This document shows, piece by piece, positions 37,012 through 51,787 of a stretch of 64,000 nt of DNA (positions within the stretch are counted from its first letter, which is position 1; every line of letters starts with the position of its first letter). The stretch comes from Sphagnum compactum (Eukaryota), in NCBI GenBank assembly GCA_965153455.1, contig OZ234493.1, forward strand, positions 25,286,213-25,350,212. Reading direction: 5' to 3'. Made by a program: the position numbers and the translations under genes. The notes beneath the pieces are model-generated. The model was given only the letters and a program-made list of their open reading frames with translations, searched no databases and was not told the origin of the DNA.

Positions 37012-37674
37012 GTATAGGTATAGGTCCTATATAATGTACATAGATAGGTAGGAAAATAGGTGACTACTGGGTAGGTAAGTAGATAGATGGTTTATACACA
37101 GAGAAGGTCTGTGTGTGGTTATTACTACTGAATTATTAACAACCTGCTGATTATTAGTTATAGGTAGTTAGTAAAAACAGCAACTGAGCTGACCACCATG
37201 GTTAGCTAGGGAACTTGAACCCAACAGAAAAAAGTGTTTCCTGTCCACCTACCATCCATCCTTCATGGTGTGCTGGTGGGTGCTTAATTCAGTCTTTCCC
37301 CGGGGGGTACATTGTACATAACACTGGCAGATACTCCAGCCCTCAACTGAACCAACATTTAAGCTACTAGTACTTTAGCTGTGTTGCAGGTTCCAGAAAT
37401 GACAAAAGGTGCTCTGGACAGCAGCATGACAACTAGAAAATCCTCCTAACTTTTTTGATAATTGTAACATAGGTTGTAGATTGAAGGAGGGCCTGAGAAT
37501 AACTGTAACCCCTGTTCAGAATTTGTTGATTGATTGTTAGAGAGTAATTGCCCCCTAGCCCATAATTATTGCAGCTGCCCTTTCACCACCCATATGTATA
37601 TGCTTTATCACTAGTCTCACTTGGTTAATGTGTCTTTCATGACCTAGTCAAATTCACCAAGCATGGGTTTAAAC

Positions 37675-37742
37675 CAGTGTTGTGAGGGTATCTGGGTTGC
37701 AGGGTTAAATCCACATACGGGTTCAGACTTTGCAACACACTG
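37675..37742. mobile_element. Miniature (68 bp) hAT-type element
   Basis: CAGTGTTG...CAACACACTG termini; flanks GTTTAAAC / GTTCAAAA (6 of 8 match). Confidence 0.5.
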
Positions 37743-39006
37743 GTTCAAAACTTCAGATTTTAGAAGGTTTGATTTGATTTGGATTCAACAAAGTCCAGGC
37801 CATGTTGTGCATAATATTCAAGTTTGCCCGTATACACTCTGAGAACAACCATCTTGTATGTTGTCAAGCTGGTAGGTTTTGAATTGTACACGTACGATGT
37901 ACATGAAAGAGACAAGGCCTGAAGCATAAAGTCATATTAATCAAATATCGGACTGTGTGCAAGGATTACTTTCTGTGTATATATAGATGGCCTGTGTGAG
38001 TCGCAAATCTTTTGTTGACAATACTTGCTAGTCATTTGCAGTGTTGATGAACCAGGCTCATGGAATGTGACCAAACTTGGACAAGGTCGACTGAATCTGC
38101 TGAATCTGTGGGTGGTCGGTAAATCCAGGATGTCTATCTTATACCTGCTCGCATCAATCTTCAACCATACAAGGTGTACACAGAATGCACTAAAACATAC
38201 ATCAGTAGTGTACAGTCTAGACACAAAAAGAAGACTGCAATGGAGTCAGAGAGAGTCTTAGATACAGATGGCTGTCTCTGGAGGATATACTTTCCTCTGA
38301 AATGGTGAATGACAAATGGTACTATCACTACAAGTCTACAACCAGTTCTTTTCCTTTCATCTCATCTGTGAATTTAATGCCCCATGCATTTATGTGTTGA
38401 CCTATCAAAGCTCCATCATCACACTAACCAAGGATTCTGGGGCGGGGGGGAAGTTGAGGCAACATTAAAAACTCTCACACTTTGATATCTGATGACCAAA
38501 CACACCCTCAATGCATGTTGCAACTAATTCCAATCAAGTTTTACAAATTTTAAAAGACACTTGTGTGTCAGGACTCAGTGGCCTAATGGCCAGTCAATGA
38601 AGCAAGGCATCAAAATAGAGAAAGAAAGACACAAATCAAAAGGGCAAAAAAAAAGAGTTGCACAGTTTCACTACTCCAGATACTCCAAGAAATCTGCAGC
38701 ACTTCTTTAAGAAAATCTAACAATATAAGAAAGGAAAATTTCTGGAGAGAGAGAAGAGAGAACATCCTCTCTCTCTCTCAATCAATCTATCTATCTTCAA
38801 CAATTCTGAACCATCAAGGTTTCCCCAGAAGTCTGCAACACAATAGAGTTATCTGTAAAAATCACCCTATCTTTGGGCCCTGGTTTGATCCTCTAAATCC
38901 TGTTTGATCCCCAATTTGAATGTCTCAGTAAAGTATATGAAACTGGGAACCATTTCATGAAACTGGGTATCAGTTCAGAAGATTTGCAGCATCCTATTCT
39001 GACAAA

Positions 39007-39110
39007 GCTTGATTTAAAATAGAGTATGAGCAGTATCAAGGTGCCTCTGTAGTGCAAGGCTTGATTTAATCAAGAGCATGAGCCGCAGTCAAGGTGCCTG
39101 GGCAATGCAA
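39007..39110. repeat. Local tandem duplication, about 52 bp x2
   Basis: GCTTGATTTAA...GAG(T/C)ATGAGC...TCAAGGTGCCT...TGCAA occurs twice in tandem. Confidence 0.75.
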
Positions 39111-40072
39111 ATCCAAAACTGGGGGTGAAACTCCTGTGATGAGCAATTTAGGTGAGAAAACTAGTTTGGTCCCACTTGTTTTTGTCCAGTATATTGTTTT
39201 CATCCCGACATCTCATTTCATCCTGGGTTTTGGTGGAACTGGGCGCCAGTTTGGAGTACTTTACTGATAACTCTAATTCTTCACACATTTTCCTGTTTTC
39301 TGGTGAATTCTGGAGGGTGATTAGTGTGGTTTGTACTAATAACTCATGAATTGTACTCCATTTCCTTGCCATAGTGAATTATTACTCGCCCCCCACCACA
39401 GAGGGCAGTAGCTGCGAGGGAAAGAGGCTCTTATTTTAAACTGGGGGTTTGGCAGAAAAGCCTTCTATCACTGTGTAAGTCTGGACTCTCTGTAGTGAAT
39501 CATTAGCACTGGCTAAAAGAAACTTGTATGCGGGAATCTGGAGTAACCTCTGAAGCTGTACTTGTTCATACATGATTAATATTTTGGAGTTTAGAAGATA
39601 CTGGACACTAAGGACAAAGCACTTCAATGTGACTAGGTGAACATTTCCGGGCAAGCAATTATGAGAAGCCTCCTCCTCCTCTGCAGGTAGTGTGTGTATA
39701 TGTACGGGCATTGGGTCTGGACTTGGCAGTGAAAAACAAAATACTTGAAAACTAGGAAAATCATATTTGAAAATAAACAGAAGGCCAAAATGTGCTCCTC
39801 TGAATATATATTAATATATACAATCTATGTATGTATATATGTATGCGAATCATTAAGACAAAATTTTCCCTCAGTTTTTAGTCTGAAAATCAAAGTTGTG
39901 ATGAATAGGGCCTCTTTGCTTCAGGAGAGGGAAGATTGGCACCTATGTGAGACTTAAAGTACTTGGCAAAGACTTCAATTTTGTGGAAAAACTATATGAC
40001 TCAAATTTTATCGTTTGGTTGGTGGACACAGAATGAAAAATAAAATGACATACATATGATTAAACTGATCGA

Positions 40073-40289
40073 CACTACAAGAGAATAGAATGTGATTTTT
40101 TCTCACAGAGAAAGTCATGGCTCATGACATATGGGTTAGGCAATAAATTGCACTGCATCATATGTTGCAATAAAGATCACATATTGACAACCAGTGTACA
40201 CTGTAATGGATGAAACCACAAAGTTTATATCACACATATGTAATGGGGTGCGACTTTTTGTGTGAGAAAAACCACATTCTCTTCTAGTG
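40073..40289 (-). mobile_element. CACTA (En/Spm) MITE, copy in reverse orientation to 58165-58368
   Basis: CACTACAAGAG.../...CTCTTCTAGTG termini. Internal TGTAATGGATGAAACCACA is the reverse complement of the internal motif in the 58165 copy. The 3-bp flanks do not match (CGA / GGG). Confidence 0.75.
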
Positions 40290-42677
40290 GGGGAAGCTAT
40301 TTTCTTGCGGGATTGTTACATGACAGTGAAAGAAAAGCTTTCTGATGTTGGCATGATCGATAGTGAGGTCATTGTTGAAGATGAATATCTTTTTGGTGGG
40401 ATTGTTGGATGCAATTGAAAGATAAAGTTTCTCATGTGCGATGATGGAGAGTAGGGTCATTGTAGAAGACCCCACTAACCAGAATTCATGGGGGCTTTAT
40501 TCTGAATTTTCTTGAACACATGAACTGTACAAACAAGTAAATATTGGTCATGCTTTTTTTCTTTTGCAAATGTACCTAATAAGAGCATCGACAACTGTAG
40601 AAATAAAGTGGCCTTTACAGTACTTTTGGATGAAAATATACGAAAAACTACTACTGTGAATCTTCTTTGGGCTGGTAAAAATGCACATATTGGCAAAATG
40701 CTACTTTCCAGCATCTGTAGCAGGAGGGGACTGTTTCTCATTGGCCAACTACAATGATTGGCCCAGGTGGTGAGAGTGAAATAGTCTCTCACTTTGTACA
40801 GTCCATCTCTGTAGGTTCAAGGTAGGGATGGGGGAGACACTAAACAATGCACACAGAATGTGCTAAGGACTTATAGAGGGCTGCCGCCGGGCATGCTCTA
40901 ATATGGATTAAATAATGCTGCAAATGTTTGTTGTGCTGCAAATGGTTTTGAAATTTCAGTGTAATTAGGCATTTAGGCATTTATTACTGTTTCTGGAATT
41001 AGGCTAGTGAATTGAAATCAACACATGAGACATGGAGTTTTAAGGTGCACATATACTTAAGCTTAGTCATGAGCATTTTGAGGACCAGCTTTTAAGCAGC
41101 ATTGTGAAGTATGATATCTGTTCTTCCTATTTTGCTTACATTTCAAGAGTTAGGCTCACATGACAATATTTCTGAAGCGAAGATACAATGTTTTACAATT
41201 TATACTTAAGGTGTCAATGTGGATTATTCATGCATGGTTCATGCTTTGAAATAATTGCAGTTAGTGTTTTTGAGAGATTTTTGAAAAATTAGGCACTATT
41301 GATGGGTAATGATTACCAAATTTCCCTTTGATTATATTTCTGCCTAACTTGGTAGGCAGGTTTGAGTAGTGTAGTTTTGTGGATTATACGGAGGTTTGGT
41401 TCAACTTGTCTTGCAGCATGGCCTACAAAGAAAGCTCCGTGAAAAAACAATAGTATTCCATGGCTGGCATTAGACAATGGGTGGTGACAAAAGCTTTGAA
41501 GAAAGTTGGCAAAACATCGGTTCGTCCTCATGCCTTTGAACTAAAAAGGTTTAGAAGTCAATCTTGCCCTTTTCCTCAAATGGGACATCGGACACTTCAG
41601 ATGCCGAATGACCAATTCCATGCCATTTCAGAGGACTTTGTTGTTGTTGAGGATATTGCCTTGGATTTATATGGGCTTTAGTTCTGCCTTGGCCCTTATC
41701 TCCACTTAATGTACCTTTAGACTTTACTCCATAAGTTACTGACCACTTTGGAGCAAAAAACAAAGAAAAAAATGATGACAGAACAATTGAAAGCAAATTC
41801 AAGTTGAATCGATTTTGAACCTGAGCATTGAAACAAAAAACTATTAAAAAAATTCCAAATTGTCGCCTGAATCAGGATATCAAGGCTGCAAAACTCTTGC
41901 AGCTTAACATTTGGTAAACTGCAAATTGGAAAGAACTTAGCTAGCACTTGATTTTAGTTGCACGCAAGGATAACGAAGGAACCAAAAGAGGTACACCGGG
42001 GACTATAAGTGAAAAGGAACATGCTGCAAACAAGCACGAAATGTTTCTATGTTTTGGGTGGCATTCCTCGAGTGTTTTTTTTGGTTTGTAAAAAGTCTCC
42101 CCAGGGGCCAAGTGAATGTTGTCGGACAATCCTTGATTGTACACGTCGTCACTCTAAGAGGAGGAGGAATAAATGCATGACAAATTCACCAGTTCTGATC
42201 CCCAGCCAGACCCAAGTACTCCTTCCTGGGTCCCATTCCTGGTGTATATATCTTATATATATATGTATAGGTAAGAGATATATGAGGACCTACTACTGCC
42301 AAGGCAGAAACAAGACAAAAGGGAAAACCAACCAACCCTACCTCGAATCTCTGAATCTCTTTCTCTCTTGTCTGTTTCAGTACCAACCCTTTTGAAAGTT
42401 TAAAAAAAACAATTGTACTTATCCTCTCATGACCCAAACTTTCTTTACGTTTGGAGATTTGTCCTCTAATCCTGGTCCCGCCTTGCAAATTGATGCACCT
42501 GCAAAAAAAACACAAACCAAGTTTGTTTGTTCTTCCATATAGGATTAGCAAATCAACATTAGTCCCCAGTTTTGTCAGTCTACACCGCCTTAAAACAATG
42601 GGTTATGAAGGAATCAAACATCCAAATCTTTAGCTGACATAAGTTACCTGTTGGTGAACAATTTACTAATGAATGAA

Positions 42678-42708
<31 letters not shown>

Positions 42709-42831
42709 AGCTATTGAGAAGGTCAAAGAAGGAAGATATCTGATGAGTTTATAAGTTAAGCTTTACTTGATAATCGTCTAGTGGATATCTAACTAAACTC
42801 ATTTTCGACATTCTCATTACATGTTTTGTAC

Positions 42832-43163
42832 AAGCAAGAATTTGTGAAGTAGGCAGGTTGGCCATCATCCAGGAGAGGCCTTAGCCAAATTTGGCTACAT
42901 GTCAGAGAGCACAGGAGATGATTTTAGGTTTCATTCTATAGTTTGGCGACATATCACAACCTATTGCAAAAATATGGCAACTTCAAAAAAAGAAAAATCC
43001 TCACAATGTGTCAAATTGACACAAAAATACCCAATTACAACAGGTTAGTACAATGTGACAATTTTTTGTCAATCTGACCCCCCCAAAAGCCTTTGTACTT
43101 GTCCCAAGCTACTTTGTTTCGGTCTCCACGTTGCAAAATTTCGCCAAAAATATAAAATCACTG
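42832..43163 (-). mobile_element. Dispersed non-autonomous repeat (TAGCCAAATTTGGCTA family), probably hAT-type
   Basis: Palindromic core TAGCCAAATTTGGCTA; ends AAAATCACTG; flanks TTTTGTAC / ATTAGTAC (6 of 8 match). Similar in reverse to 46632-46891 and 54280-54431. Confidence 0.6.
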
Positions 43164-46100
43164 ATTAGTACATTTGAAATCGGTAATGGTGAAGAAATAT
43201 TGTGATCTATTTTCGTTCTCACGTACAAAAGGGTTTTAATTAGTTGTGGTTAGTTTCTTTTACCACAAACAATAAGGTCTCTTTTATGAGCATCCAAGAA
43301 CTAGCCAGAGTTCAACATGCATATCATGGAAATGTATATTGATTTTGTTTTTCTTACATTTATGTTTCCATATAGGGCAGAGCTGCCCATGAGTTTTTAA
43401 ATTATATGAAAAATTCGGACTTTCATTAGCCAAGTCATTGCCATGCTTGGCACTAACCCCAGCTGGTTTTGCCTGTGTCAAATTTGTGCCCAGCTAGTTA
43501 GTTTCTGACAAGTGTAAGGTTCACCTTGATGGGTTCCCAATGTGCCAAACTTTGGCCTGGCTAATTTACAACATGCCAATGTTCGGATCCTTAGCCAGGA
43601 CGCCCTGTATAGGTTTGGACTATGATTCACCAATCTTGAAAGGCATTTTCAAAGACCAAGAAAGGATATATAGGTCACAATCCAGATTAGTGAACGGGGA
43701 CTAGTGAACTGCACTCACATTTTGTAGGAGTGGATGCTCACAACCCAAAGCTTAGAAGAAAGCCCAACACATGATCCACACATTTAGGTTTATTGACCTT
43801 ACCTACCAAGGCAACAATATTGTATTCAGATTCATTATATAGTATAGTAGCTTAAGGGGTTTTGGCCCCTAGGTAATAATAGGTCTATTTTTATATGAGG
43901 ATTTTTGAAAGATGATATTTTGACTTGTGGTCAAACAATTTAGTAATTTAAATTCAAAGAACTATGGGGTATATTTATCATATACACAAATATAACAAAG
44001 CTAGTTTTATATTTCAGGTTGTACTACCATTTGGTTTGAATTAATCAAATATCAATAAACATCTGAAATGCATTTAATATCAAGATTAAACGCACATTTC
44101 TTGACATTTTTCATTTGAAATTTTTTTTTTGTCAAAGATTTATCACATGGTTGATGCCCTTAATTTTTTTTTCATTTTTAATGATTTAAATTTTTGAACA
44201 TCAATTCATTTTTTATTTCCTTATTTTTATTGTCTTTTTTACCAAATTTTACCAATACAAATTATTAGTACAATGTGAATCTTACATCGTTGGGTTTGTG
44301 GAATATGTTTTCAGCACCTAATACAAAATCATAATGTGAAAGTGAGGTTATGAAAAATGTTTATATTCTAGTCTTGAAGCCATGTTGAACATTGTGAAAA
44401 TCTTTCGTAGTTACGACAAATGAGCACCCATAAAAAAATATGATGTGAAAACATTATTACTTGCTCAATGTGCATTCACCCAAGGTTTAAGGTTAACGGT
44501 CCAATGTACTATATGGATGAAGAAGTTTCTCAAATTGTCATAAATAAATGAAGATGCTTGCAATTTATTTGTTGTAAAAGAAAATCCAAAAGTGTATATA
44601 AAAATTTAATTGTTTTCATCTATACTCAAATGGGTGGGTTGAGGGAAGATTGGGATCACCTAAGTTCATTGTACAAAGTGAAAGAATGACAATAAAGATC
44701 TCTAGCTACCCATTGTCTTACACCATGGCATGTTGGAGCTATATTAAAATTGTGAACAAAGGTGGAGACTTTTTTTGAGATCAATGTAAGTCTTAATTTA
44801 CTAAAGGCCAAGGTGGAAAAAAATTATTTTCGAGCCAAACCAAAGCACTAAGCAATGAATTTTTAAAGTTTGGGGTTTTCATCTTCTCATTAACCAATTT
44901 TGAACCCAAAGTAATGGGTCTTATCAAGATAAGACCTCATAAATCCAAGAACCAATAATCAAGAAAATTTGATTGAGCCTTAAAACTAGAGTGTTTTGAT
45001 TTTTCAAATTGTCAAATAGACCCAAAAAAAATAATTCTTCCTTTTCATGAAAATGGCTAAACTCAAAATCAATAATTCCTTTAAAAACCAAGAATTGGAC
45101 AACATCAATTTGGACTTATGTTTTGAAATTGGCTATTGGTTTTAGTTCTTATTATTTAAAAAGAAATTGGAATCTCTTATGCAATTCTAAAATTTATTAT
45201 CTGATGATAACTAAATAGACCTTAGGCAAACCTAGCTTATGTAAGTTAAGCTAGCCTAGCTTGGGTAGGCAAGGTATTAGGTTATTAAGGTAGATTTAAA
45301 AAAAAATTACAATGTGCTAGTTAACAATATATATATATACACACACACACACATATAATGTTGTGCAATGGCAAGGACTTTATCCTTTAAAATGGAAGTG
45401 AAAGGGTCAAATAATGTGACAATCCAAATAGTTTCTTTCACTATGTTCATTGCTTTCATCAAGCTACCTAGTTTAAATTAGATACCCTCACCCAAGCTAA
45501 ATGTTTTAGCTTAGGCTAAGTAGTCTAGGTTTCAGTTAGGCTACCAAATTTATGTTGCATAGGCCAATCACATGGCAAAACATAATTGCCAATTAATAAA
45601 TTTCATAATTTGCATATAATAAATGAATCCTATGCCAAATGATGGCACATAATAGGTCAATAAATTTCAAAATTTACATATAATAAATCAATCATATGCC
45701 TTTCATTGATTGAATGTGGGTTATTGGATATGACTTTGATTTATGTTTTGAGAAAACTTCAAATCTTAAGACATTGTTCTTTTACCTCTCAAGTTCAAAA
45801 GGATTTAAAAAATTTATCTTGGTGCATTCATGACCATTCAAATAATTCAAATGAACAAAAAAATGATGAAGATATGGTTATCAAAATTTGAGTCAATGTT
45901 TAATTTGGTCACAATTTCAAAAGATATTTTTAAATTCAACACATTCAGTTTTTTCATGGCTCTTTTTTATTGTGCATTTGCTTCTAGAGCTCAAAAAGGT
46001 AATGTAAAATTTAGCTTGGTACATTTATAGATCTTTAGATCACTCAAAATGGACAAGAAGTGAAAAAATATGAGGTGTAAAGATAAATGATCATTAATAC

Positions 46101-46631
46101 ACTTTATGATTTGGACATGTTTTATGCTTCTTTTGTGTTGTCGCTTTGTCTTTTGAGCTAAAAAGAAGCAATGTAAAATTTATCTCAACATTTCCATGGC
46201 TCTTTACATCACTCAAAACAAACAAAAAATGAAAAAAATTTAAAAGTGTTCAATCACCTTCCAATGGATAGTACTACCTTAATCACTAATTGCATTTGTG
46301 ATTAAAGCCTTGTTTGTGATATTGGTATAAAAACCATTGTCTTTTAGACTGTAGAATCTTACAATCATGAATATTCATAAATGGCATTAGTGACTACAAA
46401 TGTAAGCATTTATAAAAAAATTAAAATCATATTTTTTGATAGTGTCTTCATCTACTTCTAAATTATTTAATATTTTTTGTATAGGTGCGTTTGAGGACCA
46501 TGTATTTTTCACCTTAATCTCTAAGCTCTTTCTAAAGTGCCATGTTTGCAAGTGAATGCATAGTCCTTGCCTAAAGGCATGGCTCAATCAAAGCTTGTCA
46601 GCTTTGTAATATTGATCACTATTCTTCTTGC

Positions 46632-46891
46632 TAGTGATTTTTTTGTCAAATTTCAACATGAAAATATGATTTCAATTATACAAAGGAAATTTCATGGGAA
46701 AAATGGGCTAAATTTGAAAAAAGATACCAAATTGTCAAATTTTTATGATATGTTTCAATAGGTTGGCAAAAACATGGAAGGATCCTTAGTAATTTTACTT
46801 TCATATTGTGTATATAGCCAAATTTGGCTAGCTTTTTCTTCTCTATAATGACCATAATTTTTGCTACATTGCAAAATTGACCAAAACACAG
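46632..46891 (+). mobile_element. Dispersed non-autonomous repeat (TAGCCAAATTTGGCTA family)
   Basis: TAGTGATTTTT...AAAACACAG termini. Shares ..CAAAAACAT..GATC..TTCATATT..GCCAAAT(T/C)TGGCTA..GCTACAT..CAAAATTGA with 54280-54431. Confidence 0.6.
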
Positions 46892-48525
46892 GCTTGCTTC
46901 GTTCCATTTGGAAAGGTGTTAAATGAAGTTACACCCACATTAATGCAGTGGTTTCTTGCAGTTTCAGGAAAGAAAATGTCAAAATCTTCAACAAGCTATG
47001 TCTCTAGGATGACATTGTTCATGTTCTATTTTCTTCCAAACTCCCAATACTATTTTCATTTTCTTGAATCATTAAAATTGTAACCAAAACAATTAGTTAG
47101 TAGTTGAACTGAAAAGAAATTTGAAGTTAAGCACCGTATTAAGCTGGAAAAAGTTGTATGGGGACTATGTGTGCTCAACCACCAAGCATCATTTTGCAAC
47201 CATTTAGAGATCATGTAGCAGTATTAAGCTTTCAATCACAAGACCTTATCTAAAAATCTACTTTTTTCTTTGTTTAAAAATCCAGTTGAACTATTGTTTA
47301 TCCCTCCTTCATCATCATCAGGTTTCATGTCATGCAACAAATTTTACAGAAAATAAATACCAAATTGAAACAAGATAGAAATCATCATCCATCACAAACT
47401 TTCCTATTTCTTTTGCATTGAAACACTGAACAGAAGAAGACACATAACTTAGAAGCGCTTTGCAAGCAATGTAGAACCTTTTGTGAAACATACATAGCTT
47501 AACATATACACCTCACTTATATACGGTTTTAAGCTTCACACTAGCATGCTTGTTAACCAATTCTCCCAAAGTAAAGACAAAAGAGATTCATACTCAAATC
47601 ATGCCTGGTCCCCCCTCCACAAAACATTGCAGAATTGTGATCGGAATTTGTCTTGCTCCAAAGAGCACTTGAGTTAGCAATTTGTTTCTTTTGTAGCTTA
47701 GGCACTAAGGCTTATGTTATTTTGTTGTGGTTGGCTGAGCTTCTCTAGAATAGGTAGTGATGATTTTGGTTGTTGTGGTCCTTCTCTTCTTTAGCATAGG
47801 TGTTGATGATTTGGTTGTTTTTGGGGGTCCATCTCTCTTTCGTTTGGGCCCTCTCTTATTCTCTCTCACGTTTCAACCTCTCAACTTGCCATCCCTCACT
47901 AGACATGATCCTTATAGCTTTGGTTTGGAGTTTGGTGTTTGTTCTAGTGTTTTGTCTTTGATTCTCCTTGCAATAAGCTTCCTTTGGTCCACAGCTCAAC
48001 TTTGATGATGATGATGATGATGATGATTAGGTTATGTTAGTTAGTGTGATCCATATTAATTAGTTGGGGGCTGCCTTCCAAGTTCAGACTTTTTTTTTGG
48101 GCAATTGAGCCTTTGATTGGCCTATCAACAAAAATGGGTTTTGGAACTTGATGACTCCATAATATAGAAATATTCGTTCCAAACAAAGAAACATGTAGTC
48201 CCAATATTTACCAACTTTTATAGTTCCATGTGGTCAATGTTAGGCAAAGCATATGGGACAAAGTGAGGTGCTATTGAGAACATGTTGGGAACTCATGGGA
48301 ACTTGGTGAGAACACATTGAAAATAACAAAATTCAAAAAAATCCAACAGCCCCCACCCTCCCCCAAAACAATAAAAAAATTGAGCGTAATGCTTGAATTT
48401 GGCAATCCCTCTCATTATCTAAGCACAATTTTTATTCCCAACCATGTTCATCACCTGTTTTGGCCTAGGCTAATGGTAGGGACATCAATTGTGGGAACAT
48501 AATGAACCAGCACACAATGCGCACA

Positions 48526-48683
48526 CCATGATGGATGGATAGTATGTGAACAGGAAACACTTTTTTTTTGGGTGTATCTGACCCATAGCTAACCGCAATA
48601 GTTAGCCATGATAGATGGATGGTATGTGGACAAGAGACACTTTTTCATTGCAATATTGTCCCATTGCTAACCACAAAGGTTAG
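48526..48683. repeat. Local tandem duplication, about 80 bp x2
   Basis: CCATGAT(G/A)GATGGAT(A/G)GTATGTG(A/G)ACA...CCCAT(A/T)GCTAACC at about 48526 and 48606. Confidence 0.75.
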
Positions 48684-51600
48684 GTGAGTAGCTAGGGTCA
48701 CATAATCCCAACCCCTACCTACCCCGACCTGCCCTTCCCCCCTTCCATCCAAAGAAAAGGCAAAAGGTATGGTTCAAATCTTACTTTCACGAGTACTAGA
48801 ATCCATTCATGTCACGATATTTGTACACACACTGAACAGAGGAATATCACAAGGGGGTGAGAAGGCCCAGGGACATAGTTTGTGGCAAAGCCACAAGCTC
48901 AATAGTGGTAAACCATAATATTCATACTTGGATCAAAATAAGAGATGAAATGAGGAACACAAAGTCTCATAATCTAAAAGAGAAACCAAAGCACACAATC
49001 CTTACTAGGTCCAATGCACAATAAAATAGTCTTTAACATTTGGTAATATGCTCTTCATCTACCAAAGCATATTAGATGAAGAGCATATAATACGGAAATG
49101 GGACATAAGACTCACATTTTGCATCCTCTTTCAATCAAGGAATCTTATTAATTTGATTGTTGAAGGGTTATTAGTATTGTAAAGTACTCTGAGGAATTTC
49201 CTAGTGTATTTGAAGGGCAACTTATTTTCAATTATAATGTACATGCACACCTTTTGTTGTAATGAATTAAGTTTTTTTCCTCTTTGTTTTTGAGCTCAAA
49301 TCAAAAATTTCTTTTGTGTCAAAAAGAGGAGAATCAAATTGATAATGCCTACTCATTTGGACAAGAGCAAATTTACACAAGTGTCTCTTTGTCTTTTTAA
49401 TGTACCTCCTTGTCCAAAGTATCATCCCTACAGATGGACACTTTTTGACTCTCCCATCTACGTATCTGTTTAGGAAAGTTGTTTTTGTTTGTTTTGCTTG
49501 CTTGTCATGCTGAGATTTCCCAAATCACCACACCCTATGACGATAAATACTTGCCCCCCAGGCTCCCTATGAGCTCTACTTGGGCTTCTCTTTTTTGTGC
49601 CTTTTTTCATCCTGTGCAATTTGTAATCCATAAACTTGGTGAAAGTAACCAACTAAAAGGATTTGAGATGTGTTTAGTAAATTGGCCAATTTGAGGAATA
49701 ATAACTTCATAAGAAGAAGGGGTGTGTCAGTCACACTGTTGCCTTGCCATTTACATTAAAAAGTATCTTATTAAGGCAAAAGAAGAATTATGAAAATTCA
49801 AATATTTCACCATGCAAAAATATAATCTTCAAAAAAAAATCCTCTAAAAGAAACCAAAATCCTTTCAGATATCATAACTCTATAACTAATCTCAATTCAA
49901 ATAATAATAAACACCTTTAACTTTGTGAAAATCATAACATAAGACCTATACATCAAAAATAAAACCCAGAATTAAATGTAACACATTTGGGGAGCAACTA
50001 CTTGATACGTACTATCATATTTGTCATGAAAATGCCTAAAATGTGTGCCCCAATATAACCTGAAAGTTTGCTTAGGCTAATTGGCTTCCTCCAAGGATCA
50101 TTGGATAAAGGCACACAAAATTTTGATCAATCACATTACTAGACACAATTCCAGTATGATTTCTACTAATGAGAACTGGCAGTTCCAACCAATGTCCCTT
50201 TGTTTAAATAATTAGCGAAGTAGGTTATTAAGTTCTGGGACCGCAAAAGGTATCAATATGTTGTGTTTGAAAATTTAGACCCATTGGTTGTTAATTTTGC
50301 TGTCAAAAAGCAATACTCTCAATTATCAACTTATTTGATTATTATTTTGATATTAATTGTTAGTTCAAAGAATTGGGTTTAAGAATTCTTTCCTTAACTA
50401 CCATTCCTTTGCTGTACTTCTTTCATGGAGACCACCAGTCCTTATAAAAATCCCAAAAACCTGCAACCCATGGATGCTTTGATTCTCAAACTTTAAAAAA
50501 AACTGAAACTGGAAGTTCTGTTGTTTTTAAATTTTTTCTCAAATAACTGGGAGGGGAGGGGAGGGGAGGGGAGGGGAGCTCGTTGTTTGATTTCTAAAAT
50601 CAAAAGAATCCCTGAAGGTTATCAACAAAATGTTCAAAGAACCGCACAACACTGGTTGTAGTAATCCCGTCTTTAGACATTGTGGAGTCTTGGAATTTGG
50701 TCTAACATTGATAATTGAGCCAATCAACATCAATCAACCTGGACAGACCCTAATGGAATCTGCATAAATCATGCCTTACTTACGAAATACAAGCTTCTTT
50801 GCTTAAAACGTCACGCCAATCATTTGAGCTGCCACATTACAACTAGTAAGCCCAAAATGTGCTCAACTCAAAACAGTGGTGGGGTTCAATTTGGGTGCAA
50901 ACATTGAACTTTCACATGATCTAATTAATCCTCATTGCAAGCAGCCAGGTTCTGTTATTCTTCAGCTACCCAACCTTTCCTTCCTTCTCTGTGATATTTT
51001 GGGTACTTACTACTGACCAAAGCCTACCATAATGTGCTTAGCTAGTTAAGTTAAACCATTAGTATTATCCACACATCCATATATTAGCAAACCAAATCAC
51101 CAGAAACCTTTTAAAAATTGTCCACAGGGCAAAGTTTGAAAGCCTTGGATGAAAAACAGAAGTATCTACAAAAGATTTTTCCCCTTTGAGTTTTCATTTG
51201 CCATTTATCTGTTGTCAATGCCACAATATCACAATATCCCAAATATTGATACATCAAAAATAGATAAATGGCAATTTTGATGCATCACAATATGTAAACC
51301 ACAATATCCATACCATTGGATCAAAATAAACCTCAACTGGGATTGTGGGATCAATATTTCAATGCCAACTTCATCTATTGTGAAATGAAAAAATTCTTTT
51401 GTATTCTCCAGTTTTTGAAACACAAAATTTCATGTTTGCATAGGGCAAATTCAAGATTTTCTGGGTGGTCTCAGGGGGAATCTGAAAAAGATTCTAATGG
51501 TGGGTTTAACCAGCAGCCCATGGCATAATGAGTCTGTCCTTTATGACGAGTTCAAACTAAAAACTTCTTGTACTGTCTCTAGAACTTCTTATCTAGATGC

Positions 51601-51787
51601 ATTCATTTTTATGGGACATGCTCATCTATCTTATACACACACATAATATTTCAGATGTCACTCACATATTTCATCAAGTTGGAGCAAAAGATTATGCCCT
51701 GATTATAAACTAAGACAATGGGTAGACTCTTCCCTATAGACAGAACCAATGAATTCAACATCAATCTGCAAGATGTCATATGTTTTT

